A DNA stretch of 64,000 nt from Octopus vulgaris (taxonomy: Eukaryota), in assembly GCA_951406725.2 (NCBI GenBank), contig OX597814.1, positions 15,190,001 to 15,254,000 on the forward strand, given 5' to 3'. Under the pieces are notes generated by a model, which was given only the letters and a program-made list of their open reading frames with translations, was not told where the DNA came from and made no database searches. Below, in pieces: positions 1 to 13,246 of this stretch. Both the position numbers and the translations under genes were made by a program. The number at the start of each line of letters is the position of its first letter. Within the stretch, counting starts at the first letter, position 1.

Positions 1-1665
1 CCGCAAGTTTCCAAAAAAGAAAGAAACATTATAGGTTACAAAATAAATATAAGATTAAAAAATTGTTAACATTTATTATATTCATTATATATATTATTTC
101 CTGTATAAATTAGTATTACTAAGAAATATTACCGGTCCCTGGCACATTGGGAAAAAAAATGCCGGTACGACACATTAGATAGTTTGAGAAACACTGCCTT
201 AAATGATATGAAACAACACGTCTTTATTTTTATTGACAAACTTTTATCTAGTCTCGGTCTTACATACTTTGTATATGCAGGAAAAGCGAAAACTTTTGCG
301 TATACTTGGAGATGAACTGTTGGTGTAACCAATATATTCTGATAATTTAATTTAATGATTTAACGTTCTTCATTTGCATTGATTTGTGCTTGCCTAATAG
401 TCTTGTGTAATGCCGAGCAGGCATATTAATGTAACCATGTAAGCATAAACTCTTCCACACTGACACTGTTACTATACGAGAAGGCTGTCAAACGGCTGTA
501 ATCCTAAGGTTGTTAAGTGGTTCAATAAATATATTCACCATTCATACTTGTTATGGCTTATATATATAACATGGTTTTATCTGTTTGGGTTATTGTGTTA
601 AGACCACTGAGAAGAAAAGTAGTCGTAAAATTAGCACAGCGTAAGAAAATATTTTAGAAAACGATGACAGCAATAAACGGCCGTCCATTCTCGTTCTAGA
701 GTCCTCTTGAGAATATATTTTTTTCTTAGTGCTGCTCATTATATTCCTATATCCTGAGTAAGGTGTATTAACAAGAACGATAAAAGACGGCAATACTATT
801 GATAGTGATCGCAGTAGTGAAATACAATAAAAAATACGACACAGGATTATAAAAATATCTACAATATAAGCAAAATCAAGAGGGAAACGAATATAAAAAT
901 AAGAGAAACATGAGACTAAAATATTGCAAATGGATAGATAAATGATTGGGGAAATAGATAGGATAGTAGACGATAGCAGACGATAGTACACTTAAAGGTA
1001 TTAAAATAGAAATACACTTAAAATATGCAGATATATAAAGGGAAGAACGTGGACTGGAAAGTGCTTGAACTTGGGCTGCAGAAGTACACGAACGTTTTCA
1101 TGCACACACATGCATACGTACACAAAGCACACTACCACATACACATACATACACACATATGTACAAATATACATAGATACATTCACATCAAGCATGATTA
1201 TTATACAGATAGATACTTGCGTATACATACACGCACTAGTGCGTTCCGTCTGCGCGTTGTGCCATTTGATTTTCGAATCCAAACCTAGAAGAAAGTACTG
1301 ATGTGCATGTTCTTCAAATTGTCGATACAATTTCTTGACAGCAGCCCCTCACAACATTATGAACATTTTCCGGTTCAAAACGCAGATTATCAGAACAAAC
1401 ACTAGCACTGACTACTTCCCAAAAACCCACACCAGCGCACACACTAGCTCTGACCAGTTCCCAGCACCTACAGCACCTACACCATCATCCACACACCTAC
1501 CCATGCACACACGCACACATCAAAGTCACCAGCCCCCTTCCACACGAACATGCACGCTCTCACATACACACGCACGCGCACCTTCATTTTAGGACCACCA
1601 TTACTTTATTATCTCCCCTTCTTCCTATCTCTCCTCTGTGACCCCTCTGTCCTGCATTCGCTAGC

Positions 1666-1844
1666 ATAGATTGCTAGTCACTAAACCTTTTCTATTTTCT
1701 CTCTGTTAATTTCAGGTTTCCTTTCTGTGGAAGAGCGTAGGGTCGAAACGTAAAAGACTTTCTCACTTTCCGAGCGTTAAACTAATACATCTGTTTGTTG
1801 TTTACACACCCATCTTCGTCTTTTATTTTTTTCGTAAACTCTAC

Positions 1845-1847
<3 letters not shown>
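1666..1847 (+). mobile_element. Short hammerhead-bearing (TA)n-associated element, family H1, copy 1
   Basis: About 180 bp homologous to the four other copies. Contains CTTT CTGTGGA AGAGC GTAG GGTC GAAAC GTA AAAG (about 1720-1757). The 3' end abuts (TA)n. Confidence 0.75.
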
Positions 1848-1894
<47 letters not shown>

Positions 1895-2171
1895 TGAGAG
1901 AGAGAGACATAGAGAGAGTCTCAGATGAACCTACCTCGCCGCAGGAGGCGCAAATGATGGCAGCGACATCACACTCCCTTATTGACCAAATGCCACATAT
2001 CAGACGAGTCTTTCAATAATAACAGTGTACATTATTTACTTTATTTACATTATTTACATTATTTACATTATTTACATTCGACGAATATTTCTCCTCATCT
2101 TGTTTGTTGCATGTGTTCGCGCGCGTGCGTGAAGACATGCAACACACACACACACATATATATATATGTAT

Positions 2172-2330
2172 AGGATAGGCTTTTCTCGATTTCCATCTCC
2201 CAAATCAATTCAGAAGGCTTTGGTCAACCGAGGTTTATATTAGAAGACATATGCCCAAGGTAATACATGGTGGGCTTGAACCCGGAACCTTGTGGTACGG
2301 AAGAAAACTTCTTACCACTCAGGCACGCAT
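2172..2330 (-). mobile_element. SINE family A 5' fragment, diverged
   Basis: GCCCAAGG...TGAACCCGGAACCTTGTGG...CTTACCAC matches the family head. Confidence 0.65.
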
Positions 2331-2882
2331 CAGTCTTTTTTGTAAGATATGCTTGACATTGAATATGTACGCGGTGAAATAAAGAAAAATAATCATATAA
2401 AGAAATCTATTTATGTGGTATCAGAACATCTCCTGGGCATCTTATCACGCAAAATAAACATGTCAGAACATTTAATTTCTGAATGATCACATTAATTCAT
2501 TGATTATCTAACAGACTATTAATAACCTGAAAATAATTAAAAGCCTATTTCATTTCATAATGTTATTATCATATTAAAATTACAACATATTGTTTTAAAT
2601 TAATGAATACAATTTTCTGTTTTTAGACGTGAATGTGCAGAAGCTATGAAAAATATGAAGGGCGTTTTAGCATGGTGTCAATGGAGGTAAACAATAGTTG
2701 GTTATACAGCAGCATGTTTATTGCTGCTAAATTACATAGCAGGGAGTGGCGGTCATTTTGGTACAATTGTTATCGCACTCGAATAATATTAGAAAGTCAC
2801 GTGGTGATCTTGTTCGTTTTTTTCTCACATAATGTTATATTTGTGTATATACTATGATATGTCTTATTGCACTAGCATATAC

Positions 2883-2938
<56 letters not shown>

Positions 2939-2997
2939 ACACGCACACACACATGCATATATATACATGTATACAGATATTTATGAAAGCATATATA

Positions 2998-3469
2998 TAC
3001 AGGGTACGGTGAATAAACTGGCGTCTAAAAATGAAAATATCACTGATTTTAACAGATATATATATACCAAAATTATATTAAAAATATCTTGAAATACTAG
3101 AGTAAGTTTATACAATAAAATCGCCATTGGCTTCAATCACAGCCTCCAAACGACTTCAGAATCTCCTGAAACTCTTATGGACGGTCTTGTTTATGTGGGT
3201 GAATGCTGCCCTAATACTTGGCTTCAGTTCATCTTTGATATTACGGGGAATTTTGTTGGTCTCTAACATAACTGTGCTCCACACATAATAAAAAAGGGGG
3301 TTAGAGTATGGAGTGATAGGGGGCCTGATGTTAGGGGTAATGCAGTCGCAGAAATTGTCTAACAGCCATGACTGGGTTCTCCTGCTTGTGTGGAATGGTG
3401 CAGAGTCCTGTTTCCAGACATAGGGTCTTCTGGAAGCCACCCGCTTGACCTAGGCAGCAGCACTATAGA

Positions 3470-3470
<1 letters not shown>
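2998..3470 (-). mobile_element. Tc1/mariner-superfamily transposase 3' fragment with terminal TIR
   Basis: ORF 3156-3440 reads WKQDSAPFHTSRRTQSWL...PP..PYSNPLFYYVW (QDxAPxH and SPDLNP-like motifs). TA|CAGGGT terminus at about 2998. Confidence 0.75.
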
Positions 3471-3536
<66 letters not shown>

Positions 3537-3830
3537 ACCTATCTATCTATCTATCTATATTTCTCTTTCCATATATATACATACATATATATATATAATA
3601 TATGTGTTTGTTTGTATGTATGTATCCTTGCATGTGTGTATCTATACTTCTCCATATATCATGAGGAAGGGACCATAACCGCAAAATATTGAAATATAAG
3701 TAATAGCTCCAACAGTTCTAAATGTTTTTCTTTCGTTTATTTTGTAATTCATCCCCCATGGTTTCGGACATATATTGTACTTACATAATGCAATATCATA
3801 AAAATACTTCATCGTAACTATTCTATTGTA

Positions 3831-3930
<100 letters not shown>

Positions 3931-4084
3931 GTCTACTCTCTCGCAAACTCTCCACCCCAACAAAAGAATAGAGTAGTGAATAATGATAGGCCGTATGTTC
4001 TGTAGGTACACCTACATCTTCATCTGGAACTAAGGGTACATCCACAATAAATACAAGCATACCCATGTGCATATACGCGAATAT

Positions 4085-4131
<47 letters not shown>

Positions 4132-4270
4132 ACGACCTCGAACCCACAAGTGTGAACAAGAGAGACAGAGGAAGGCAGAAACAAGGAAAATGCCACTTAT
4201 ATTTGAACCCTATACAAATATTCCTTTAAAAAAACATTTCTTTTAATTTTTCTAAATTTAATTATTTAAT

Positions 4271-4318
4271 CATTACAGTTGAAAAGGTCTCAAAATGACT
4301 GAAACCGGTACTGAAATG
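4271..4318 (+). ncRNA. Type I hammerhead ribozyme motif, U3-A8 covariant core
   Basis: CATTACAG TTGAAAA GGTC tcaaaat GACT GAAAC CG GTA CTGAAATG. Stem I has 7/8 pairs, stem II 4 bp, palindromic ACCGGU stem III, GUA triplet. It sits in a ~240 bp cassette (4127-4366) between two (TA)n tracts. Confidence 0.72.
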
Positions 4319-4361
4319 TTCTTTATAAAATTATTTTAGCATTTTCTATTTTGACTTATTT

Positions 4362-4410
<49 letters not shown>

Positions 4411-4581
4411 GAGAGAGAGAGAGAGGTGGATCCAGGCGAGCAACAGATATCGAGTTAGTTCAAAGCTAGGGTTCAAGCGCAATTTCCAACTCGGCACATA
4501 TTGTAATTTCTCATTAGCTTCTTTTATTTCCCATCGTATTGCCACACACTTTTTATGAATACATGAGGTAATGCATGCATA

Positions 4582-4630
<49 letters not shown>

Positions 4631-4834
4631 TGCGTGGGTGTACGGTATGTATTTTCAACTATGCATGTTTTTCAATTGATGTTCACCTAATTGTGGCTGT
4701 ATTGACGTTTGGTGATGTTGTAATACCGCCTTTGTTCCTATAACTGCCCTTGCCTAGTTAGGTTTGGGCATGAAGGGATGAGGCATGTGAGAAATGTGTG
4801 GTCTACAAATACTACCAAATGTGACTACTCACGT

Positions 4835-4892
4835 ATTTATACATACATACATACATAGATGTATATATATATATATATATGTATATATATAA

Positions 4893-4923
<31 letters not shown>

Positions 4924-4974
4924 TGTATATATATATATATATATGTATGCATATATATATATATATGCGTATAT

Positions 4975-5042
<68 letters not shown>

Positions 5043-5044
5043 GT

Positions 5045-5093
<49 letters not shown>

Positions 5094-5130
5094 CATACCC
5101 ATATATAGCATATATATATACCCATATATT

Positions 5131-5184
<54 letters not shown>

Positions 5185-5190
5185 GTATAC
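4835..5190. repeat. Compound (TA)n/(CA)n microsatellite
   Basis: Directly visible. Confidence 0.95.
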
Positions 5191-5874
5191 TGACACATTC
5201 AAATATATATACGTGTGGTTGTATGCTTACGTGAACGGGTGAGTGAGCGCGCGCGTATTACATATTGTCTGTCTATGATTTACTGCCTTCATCAATTGTC
5301 CTTTGAGACCGTGTTTGATTTCCGCTTCTTTCACCAATACCACTCCCTCCAGAGACCCATTGATGCTACAAGTGATTGTCTGTGTTATTTTTTAATCCAA
5401 CTGTTGCTGTATTTCATTAATCATGCAGCTACCACAACAAAACCGGGTACAACGGTAACAATTCAGCCATAAATAACTGCTCATTGGACCTTTATTTCGT
5501 TGCTCTAGAAACTGCTCTGCCTCGCACACGTTCCAAACATATACTTTAAATATTTTCCTGCCTTTCATTTCCTGAATGATTATTCTTATATGCTTCCCAA
5601 GCTCAATGTCAGCCTAAAAAGACATTGGGATTCTAGCTAGAACCCATTATCTCACACCACTATTGAAGCACCGTACACTATCCACCTCTTGCCTCATAGG
5701 GTTGTTATAATCCTCCAAGTGTTCTTCGTTTTATAATCCTACTCTAGATTGTTCTTGCAAAATATTGATATCTCATCAGTTTATGATAGTTTTTTTTATT
5801 CTATTGATCAAATCATAATATTCCATTATATCGAATTGTTGATTTGTTATATCAATAAAGTTTGTTATTACAAT

Positions 5875-6106
5875 AAGGCGGCGAGCTGGCAGACACGTTA
5901 GCGCGCCGGGCGAAATGCTTAGCGGTATTTCGTCTGTCGTTACGTTCTGAGTTTAAATTCCGCCGAGGTCGATTTAGCCTTTCATCCTTTCGTGGTCGAT
6001 AAATAAAGTACCAGTTTCGCACTGGGGTCGATGTAATCGACTTAATCCCTTTGTCTGTCCTTGTTTGTCCCATCTATGTTTAGCCCCTTGTGGGCAATAA
6101 AGAAAT
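5875..6106 (+). mobile_element. SINE family B, young full copy with probable target-site duplication
   Basis: GAGCTGGCAGA A-box-like, GAGTT(C/T)AAATTC B-box-like and GCCTTTCATCCTTTCG..GTCGATAAA body. TCAATAAAGTTTG is repeated on both flanks (about 5852 and 6114). Confidence 0.85.
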
Positions 6107-9100
6107 ATATATTTCAATAAAGTTTGAACATTTGATCGTTACGTTCAAATTTACCTGTGCCTTATGATAGCCTTACTCTCTCAATTCTTTTGTTCTCGTG
6201 GTGTGCTTTCGCTCTCGCTTTGTATATAATAGGGTACAACTTCATATTGAGTCTAGACTCACTGGAGTATATGTCTTGCAGGTTTAGATTATCAACAAGG
6301 TGACTTAGTATCTGGTTGTATTACCATATGTTATTTGCAAGTGTTGATAAGCATTCAACTAGAATACTTTCAAACAATACATAACTTCAGCGTCGAAGAT
6401 AACCTTCCGTGTAAATCCAGACCAACCGTCTAATACTGGCCGTTAATAGAAGCACAAATTAAAACGCTTATAGATTAATCATATAATGCTTGGATCCATT
6501 TTTCACAACTTGCTCTATGATAGTTTCATTTCTTTAGTTGTCTCCAATGCTACTCATGTGCAATGTCTTCTTTCAGTTCAGTAAGGTGAGTTGCTTTAGT
6601 CACAGTATTTTGCCAGCTTTTGTTAGTCATTTGATAATTAGTTGTTTCGTAACCTTTGCATTCCATGCGATTTGTTATATACCTAGGTATTCATTTGCTC
6701 TATTTCCAGAATGCTTCTGTCACTTAAACAGATATTCTCACGCTCTCTTTTTATCTGTTAACTCTATGGTGTTATATAGAAAACCGTAGCGTAATGTGAC
6801 ATTGAGGTTTTGCTATTTTTGCATATTCTCTGAGCTATGCTAAGGACTGCAGTACATTTGCATTAGTGCTATGATGCCCAAACTCTGTAAAGCGTTATGG
6901 GAGACAAATACACTTTGAGAGGTACTTGCTAGCATTTTACATTAACCCCGATCTTATTAACGATAATCAGTGTACTTGGAATGGTCACAAGAACATCAAC
7001 AACAGATCATGTTGAACCGCCCCACTTCAATTTGCCTAAGTAGACCACAATTGCAAAAATTCGTGTCTGTATCAATTTATATTCAATTTGAATTCTCATT
7101 TTGGCATTTTTTAAAGAGCACTAAAGTCATTCAGCTGCCTCTCGCTGATCATTGGAACTAGTTCATCACCAATTTTAAAGCAAAAACCCTTTAAATAGTC
7201 CCTGCTTTATGGACATATTGCGGCATGATTTTGCCATGTGTATGTAGTCGACATTACATGAATATCTCGTTCAGCAGGTAAGGTGAGATGCTAGTTACTC
7301 ATTATTATTATTTCACACAACGTCAACTATATACATACACACCACTCAATATCAAATGCAGAACCGCCACGAAAAGAAGTGGCGAAATTATATACCCATG
7401 ATGAAACTCCTAAAGTATGAAAACTCTAAGGTATGAAACTTGAACGTAAATTTATGGTGATCCTAGATACTGTATAAAAAATTACCTCACACATCCTGGA
7501 ATTACAATATATAAATAAAAAAAAAACAAACATGCCAAGATTAGATTTATATGATTATAAAACAAAAAGAAAAATATATAAAAGAAAAGAAAATTCATAG
7601 GAAAGCTAAAAACTAAAAGTGTAGAGTGACTATATATTTATATTTCAATTTCTGAGAAATATTACCTGGAAAATCAATTAGCCGTATTAATGACATTTAC
7701 AATCCCTCACGTCTAAGGCTGAATTTGAAATTATACATCAGAAGATCACTTTACATCTCATAGCTGATTAGACTATATTCATAGAAATCATTTCTTACTA
7801 GCAAGAGTCAAAAATTGGTCTGGAGAAAAAAAATTGCTTTGTTGCGTAACGATATGGAACTGCTATATATTATATGAATAATTACGATTTTAATACAACC
7901 AACTGTATATCTGAGCTTTTATGCTTTTTACGTGACGTTTAAAATTATGCAAATTGGTTTGCACGCTAAATGTATTGTACTAGAAGGGAAAGTAAATGAT
8001 TGGCTACATCTACCGTGACGAAATAATACCAAATTATTTCTTATATAACAATCGCACTGTGCATCTTACCTGACAACAACATATATAATGGACAAGATAT
8101 TAAATATGTTTCCACATGAAAAATATACAGACACACGTACATATCAACGCATACACTGACAACCAATACAAAAAAAAAATATGTGTGTGTGTGAGTGTTT
8201 ATATACACACACATCTCACTCACACAAACACATGAACACAGCCACACAGACACGCACACATGATTTAATATGACTGGAAAATATTTTCTATCGATTTAAT
8301 ACCATCGAGATTTGATAGTTAAGTTCAGTAGAATTGAATACTATATTTCCTGTATACTGTAGGACAATTTATATTGAAATAACTACCATTAATATAACAT
8401 CGAAATGTATTATGGTTTTTCAATAGTTATCTTATATCGGCATTTTTCAATTTTTCATCACTCAGATATTATATAATACTCAGACTACAATTGATTATTA
8501 AAAAGATAAAAAGATAAAAAAATAAAAACAAACAAATGATACTACTGAAATTTTTCTTGAAAGCTCACGATATGGCATTTGGCTTTAAAATGCCAACATG
8601 AAAACAATAAATAGCAACTTCTATATTGTCATTTTCACACGTTCATATGACAGCATCGTTTTAACCTCAATATACTCTGGCTGAAATGAGAAAATGCAGT
8701 TGATAGTGTTGCGATATTTTTGTAGGGTTCAATGAGTATATGTTATTGCTATAGTTAGTATTAAGATTATATCACGGGAAATAACTCTATGTTAGTGATT
8801 TTGCATAGTTCATGCAAACAATTACAATATTTAGCATTAAATATCTCCTAGTAAAAAGGGCGGGGGCATATAATTGAAAATGTTCCATAATTATGGCCAT
8901 ATGTTACAGAGGTATGTGAATATGTGCTGTTGTTGTTTTTGTTTTTGTTGTTTTTCCCGCTATTGTTGTATATTCCTAGATTAGCACTGATCGAACAAAT
9001 GTAATAACAAAGGGATCTCCGGCGTACAAAGGAGTACATTATCCAATGTGTCTTTTCCATATTGAAGTCAGTGGTTTGTGATAAAAGAGTGATATCTCAT

Positions 9101-9396
9101 GTGCTGAAAACGCCTATATTAACGATAGAAACGCACTCGTTGACTTGTGTGTAAGAATGTAAATTACTTGCGTTAGATCACACTAATATTTCCCAGTCAG
9201 TCTAATCATTTTATAAAGTACTGCTGTGACGTTACACTTTATCATACCATTTTAATAAACATGTCTAGTAGAACTTAGTAGGAAAGTGCAATTTGTGATC
9301 GTGCTCACACAGTGATTAATTGCATTGAATAGGCTGTGGCAATTTTATACTACAACGAATAACAGAAAATAGAAAAATGCCACTACACATACATAC

Positions 9397-9690
9397 GTGG
9401 AGGCGCAATGGCCCAGTTGTTAGAGCAGCGGACTCGCAGTTTCTATTCCCAGACCGGACGTTGAGTGTGTTTCTTGAGAGAACATACCTAAAGCTCCACG
9501 ACCCTCCGGCAGGGTGGTGGTGGCGACCCTGGTTGTACTCTTTCGCCCCAACTTTCTCTCACTCTTTCTTCCTGTTTCTTGCGATGGTCTGGCGTCCCGT
9601 CCAGCTGGGGGGGGGGACACATGCGCCAAAGAAACCGGGAAACCGGTCCCATGAGCCTGGTTAGGCTTGAAAAGGCGCATAAATAAAAAA
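9397..9690 (+). mobile_element. SINE family C variant (deleted head, different tail, poly-A-like end)
   Basis: Shares the head and AAAGCTCC...CCGGCAGGG..GGTGG body with the 30545 copy. Confidence 0.78.
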
Positions 9691-10201
9691 AAATACACAT
9701 ACATACATGCATACATAGAAAAAATGACACGCACAAACACTCACACAGATATACATGCATGCATAAATACAGACAAATACATATAGTCTTGCATACATAT
9801 ATGTGTGTGCGCACGCGCGCGTGTGTGAGAGACAGAGAGAGAAAGAGAGAGGGAGTTCGTTTTTCAACGATTACCTTCCGTCTCAGTTATTGTTTGTACT
9901 CTTGTTCTGAACACCGCTACATATATTCTATGTGAATGAGATCATTTAAGTGTAAAACAATACTTGTATAATATGTATCTTGCAGGCTTTAACAATTTCT
10001 CAAAAATTTAATAACTCTTACGTAAATAATCAATAATACGTTCAGTATAGAATATTGAAGATATCGAAGATAATCATCTATACTTCCAGGCGTGCAACTC
10101 TTGGTAATTATCGAGTTGAATAATGCTTAGTATTTCATACTTTTGTGAAGAATCGCGCTTGTAGACTTTGAAATTCATTTCATTATACCGGTGAAATAAT
10201 A

Positions 10202-10343
10202 TAAGGTTGTCCCAAAAGTTCGTAGAAAGTCTTGGAAAATAATCGTCTCTATTTTGAGGAATAATTTTTGTTGTTTTTGTTAGTACTTGGCGAGTAAAAA
10301 TTCAATTTTCGCAAGTGTTTACGAACTTATAGGACAACCTAAT
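10202..10343. mobile_element. Mariner-derived MITE (~140 bp)
   Basis: TIRs AGGTTGTCCCAAAAGTTCGTA / TACGAACTTATAGGACAACCT, similar to the 32.6 kb mariner TIR. Confidence 0.7.
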
Positions 10344-10617
10344 AATTTGTTTTAGTATACTGCAAGTAGCAATTGCTCTTTACTTTCACCATGCATTTAA
10401 AAAAGAAACTACTGCATTTATTAGTAAAACGTTTCTTCTCCTATCCATCATTTGTTACTTTTCCAACTGAAATTAAAGTGCAATAGACAATGTTTTTATG
10501 CAACACATCTGTGAGGGAGCAATCTCTCAACTAATTCGATCTGAAATAAACTATATAAATATCATGTTTAGGAGCTATAATCTCCTGTTAAAAACGAATC
10601 TCCTGCACAATTACGAA

Positions 10618-11000
10618 TCTCTCTCTATATAAACGGCAGTTTGTCTGTGCGTTTTCTGTGTGTCTGTTTTCTCGTACCCTCACTCTGACCACGGCTTTCA
10701 ACCGATTCTGATGAAACTTGACACACACATAGCCCAATGTCATAATTCAAAACTAACGCAGCGAAAATTTTGAAAAGTTCCCCCAGTTCTGAAAAAAATC
10801 GATAAATTCGACATGGGGTCGAGAATCAGAAACCCAAACCACAGACCGTCTAGGGGACGCAACTCCACCTTTTTTAACTCTCAAAAAAATTTACCATCAT
10901 TTTTTTCCCATTTTTTTGCTATTTTTTGGCTATAACTCTCTAAAAATGCTTTATAGTTATTTCCCTTACAAACCTGAGCAACGCCGGGCGATACTGCTAG
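10618..11000 (+). mobile_element. Non-autonomous Helitron
   Basis: A|TC start, CTAG|T end and a subterminal GC-rich hairpin (CCTGAGCAACGCCGGG). The 3' ~110 bp is shared with the copy at 53020-53405. Confidence 0.75.
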
Positions 11001-11044
11001 TATCATATAAAATACGAATACAACCAAAAAAAAAAAAAATTGTA

Positions 11045-11050
11045 ACTCAC
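11045..11050 (-). other. 5' splice donor (ATAG|GTGAGT) of the K2P exon
   Basis: Consensus GTGAGT at the point where K2P similarity ends (TTIG|). Confidence 0.9.
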
Positions 11051-12068
11051 CTATTGTGGTTATGACAGTCACTGAATAAAGTAGAGCGCCAGCAAAGGAC
11101 CATTGTAATTCAGCCGTACCGTCTTTTCCATCCCAGCCTTGTTTTTTAATTGCTACAAATACTTCCTGTTGAAAGTCCAAAAGCACTTCGTCAGCGATAC
11201 GTGACCAGTTCTCTTCATGCAATATGTTTAACTCCTCTGTTAAATTCCATAAACGAATAACATGACGTTGCCGGTGCAAAGTCACCGTTCCTCGTTCATT
11301 TTCCTCATTGGGCGCTTCGAGTTTTTGAAAAATAAAACCTCCCAGAATTGAATAACCAATAACCAACGAACAAAGACCAATATTGGAGAAGAAAAACGTA
11401 ATGAAAGTTTTGCAACAGTTAACAACCCTGTTTGTAGTTTTCCGATGTGATTCACGAGTAGTATTTTTCTTTTCGACCACTTCTTTACCATTCGCCATAT
11501 TGCTATTTTTCCTTTTCTTGCGGTAACAACAACAACAACTACAGCAAAAGGATTTAGACGAATTTCGCTTTTTAGCTCTGTTTTTGGAATTATTGTCATC
11601 GATATTTTGTCCGTCGTCGTCGTCGGATCCATCGCTGTCTCTAACGATGACAACGGCACTTTCTTCTTGGTTGTTACGTACACTATTGGGTGACCGGTCA
11701 TTAGCCTGATCGACCGAAGTAGCGTAATAAGAACCAGAATCACTACTGCTGTTATCATCGTCGTCATCATCATCGTCATCATCTCCCATCTCTTCGTCCT
11801 CATCATGTGTGCAACTAACAATATTGACGACATTTTCAACATGGCGATTAGCACCACCGTTATGTCCGCTGGGACCACTACTGTTTTCACCGACATTTTC
11901 ACTTCCTTCGATATTTCCGTTTGAATTTCTGTTTTCTTCTGATTTACTTCCGCTCGCTGACCCAAAGCCACCGGGCTCCGCGCTATCAGCACTGATACTT
12001 GCAGTAGCCGGTCTGGACGAAATGTGTTTGGATGTTTGGTGTTTGTCTCTGACATGAAGGTCATCCAT
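11051..12068 (-). CDS. Two-pore-domain potassium channel (K2P, TWK/TWIK-family-like), first coding exon (N-terminus, TM1, cap helices, start of pore loop P1)
   Basis: The ORF encodes FFSNIGLCSLVIGYSILGGFIFQKLE (TM1 with K2P-type G..F..LE), then cap helices, then QWSFAGALLYSVTVITTIG (P1 helix and start of the TIGYG filter). A GTGAGT donor at 11050 interrupts the filter Gly codon in phase 1 (1018 nt = 339 codons + 1). An in-frame TAA 9 nt upstream supports ATG 12068 as the start. The ORF continuation to 10881 is intronic read-through. Confidence 0.93.
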
Positions 12069-12420
12069 TCTCCATTAATGCAGATAAAGATGCTGCTAAA
12101 AACATTCTTCTCACAGATTTCGTACCAAACGTCTGTTGATGCCAGCTGTAGAACTACAATTTTGGCATAACAAGAAATGTATCTCCCTCATTCATTATAA
12201 ATGTAGACTTATATATATTCAGCAATCATTCTGCCATAAATTGCACAATAATTTATAATCCTTACATAATAGTTTCATAATTCACAGATGATTGATGTAG
12301 ACAAGATTTATGATGAACGTAAGTGGTTGATATTCAAAGGATGTCAGTTATCAGCAGTGATCTCTTTTGAATGCAATTCAAATGACTGCAGCATCTGTAT
12401 GGAAAGAAGAGATAAAATAT
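12069..12420 (-). other. Probable 5' UTR part of the exon (12394-12069) with upstream splice acceptor
   Basis: The minus strand reads ATATTTTATCTCTTCTTTCCATACAG|ATGCTG, a polypyrimidine tract plus CAG ending at 12395. This implies one or more non-coding upstream exons. Confidence 0.55.
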
Positions 12421-12525
12421 GACTTGTTAGTTAAATTATACTGGTAAATCGATGACGAGTTAAAACGAAATAACGGTGTAAACGAGAGGGCGAGAAACTA
12501 GTGAAACTGAAAGCTAGACATCGCA

Positions 12526-12584
<59 letters not shown>

Positions 12585-12748
12585 GGGAAGCAGAGAAATA
12601 GAAAGAGAAAGAAAGAGACAGAGAAAAGGAACGAGAACTGTGAACGCTTAATATCTGTAAAGGTATAGTCATTTACTATAAATACAGGTAGCATATAAAA
12701 ATAGATGAAAGCATATCAAAGGTAAAGTTGATTAAATTCGTAAGAATA

Positions 12749-12751
<3 letters not shown>

Positions 12752-12779
<28 letters not shown>

Positions 12780-12859
12780 CATACATATATATATATATAT
12801 ATCATACATATATATATATCATACATATATATATATATATATCATACATATATATATAT

Positions 12860-12908
<49 letters not shown>

Positions 12909-13003
12909 CATACATATATATATATATATATATATCATATATATATATATCATATATATATATATGTATATATATATATATCATATATATATATATATCA
13001 TAC

Positions 13004-13035
<32 letters not shown>

Positions 13036-13075
13036 GTATATATATATATATATGCATACATAAATATATGTAATA
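12752..13075. repeat. (TA)n tract with recurring TCATACA interruptions
   Basis: Directly visible. Confidence 0.95.
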
Positions 13076-13214
13076 TATTACACACAAACACACACATACG
13101 CATACATACATATATATATGTACATATGAGAGTATACATGCACATATGAATGCTTACGGTGACACATACATTACATACTTTGAATATCATATTCCTTTTC
13201 ATGTCTAAATTCAA

Positions 13215-13246
<32 letters not shown>

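Noticed and set aside
4812-5198. YIYI/HTHT/CVCV ORFs here and elsewhere (e.g. 12728-13268, 31383-31754)
   Set aside because: These are dinucleotide microsatellite translations.
8970-9060. Minus-strand fragments LYAG / IPLLLHL / ANLG resembling K2P TM2 (candidate next exon)
   Set aside because: The pieces are in different frames, with no YG..P.T pore motif and no suitable splice sites. Most likely chance.
10881-11050. C-terminal extension of the 395 aa K2P ORF
   Set aside because: It lies past a consensus GT donor and runs through a poly-T tract and a Helitron, so it is intronic read-through.
11282-12064. 260 aa overlapping alternative-frame ORF within the K2P exon
   Set aside because: It has no recognisable motifs and is explainable as a shadow ORF of a low-complexity coding exon.
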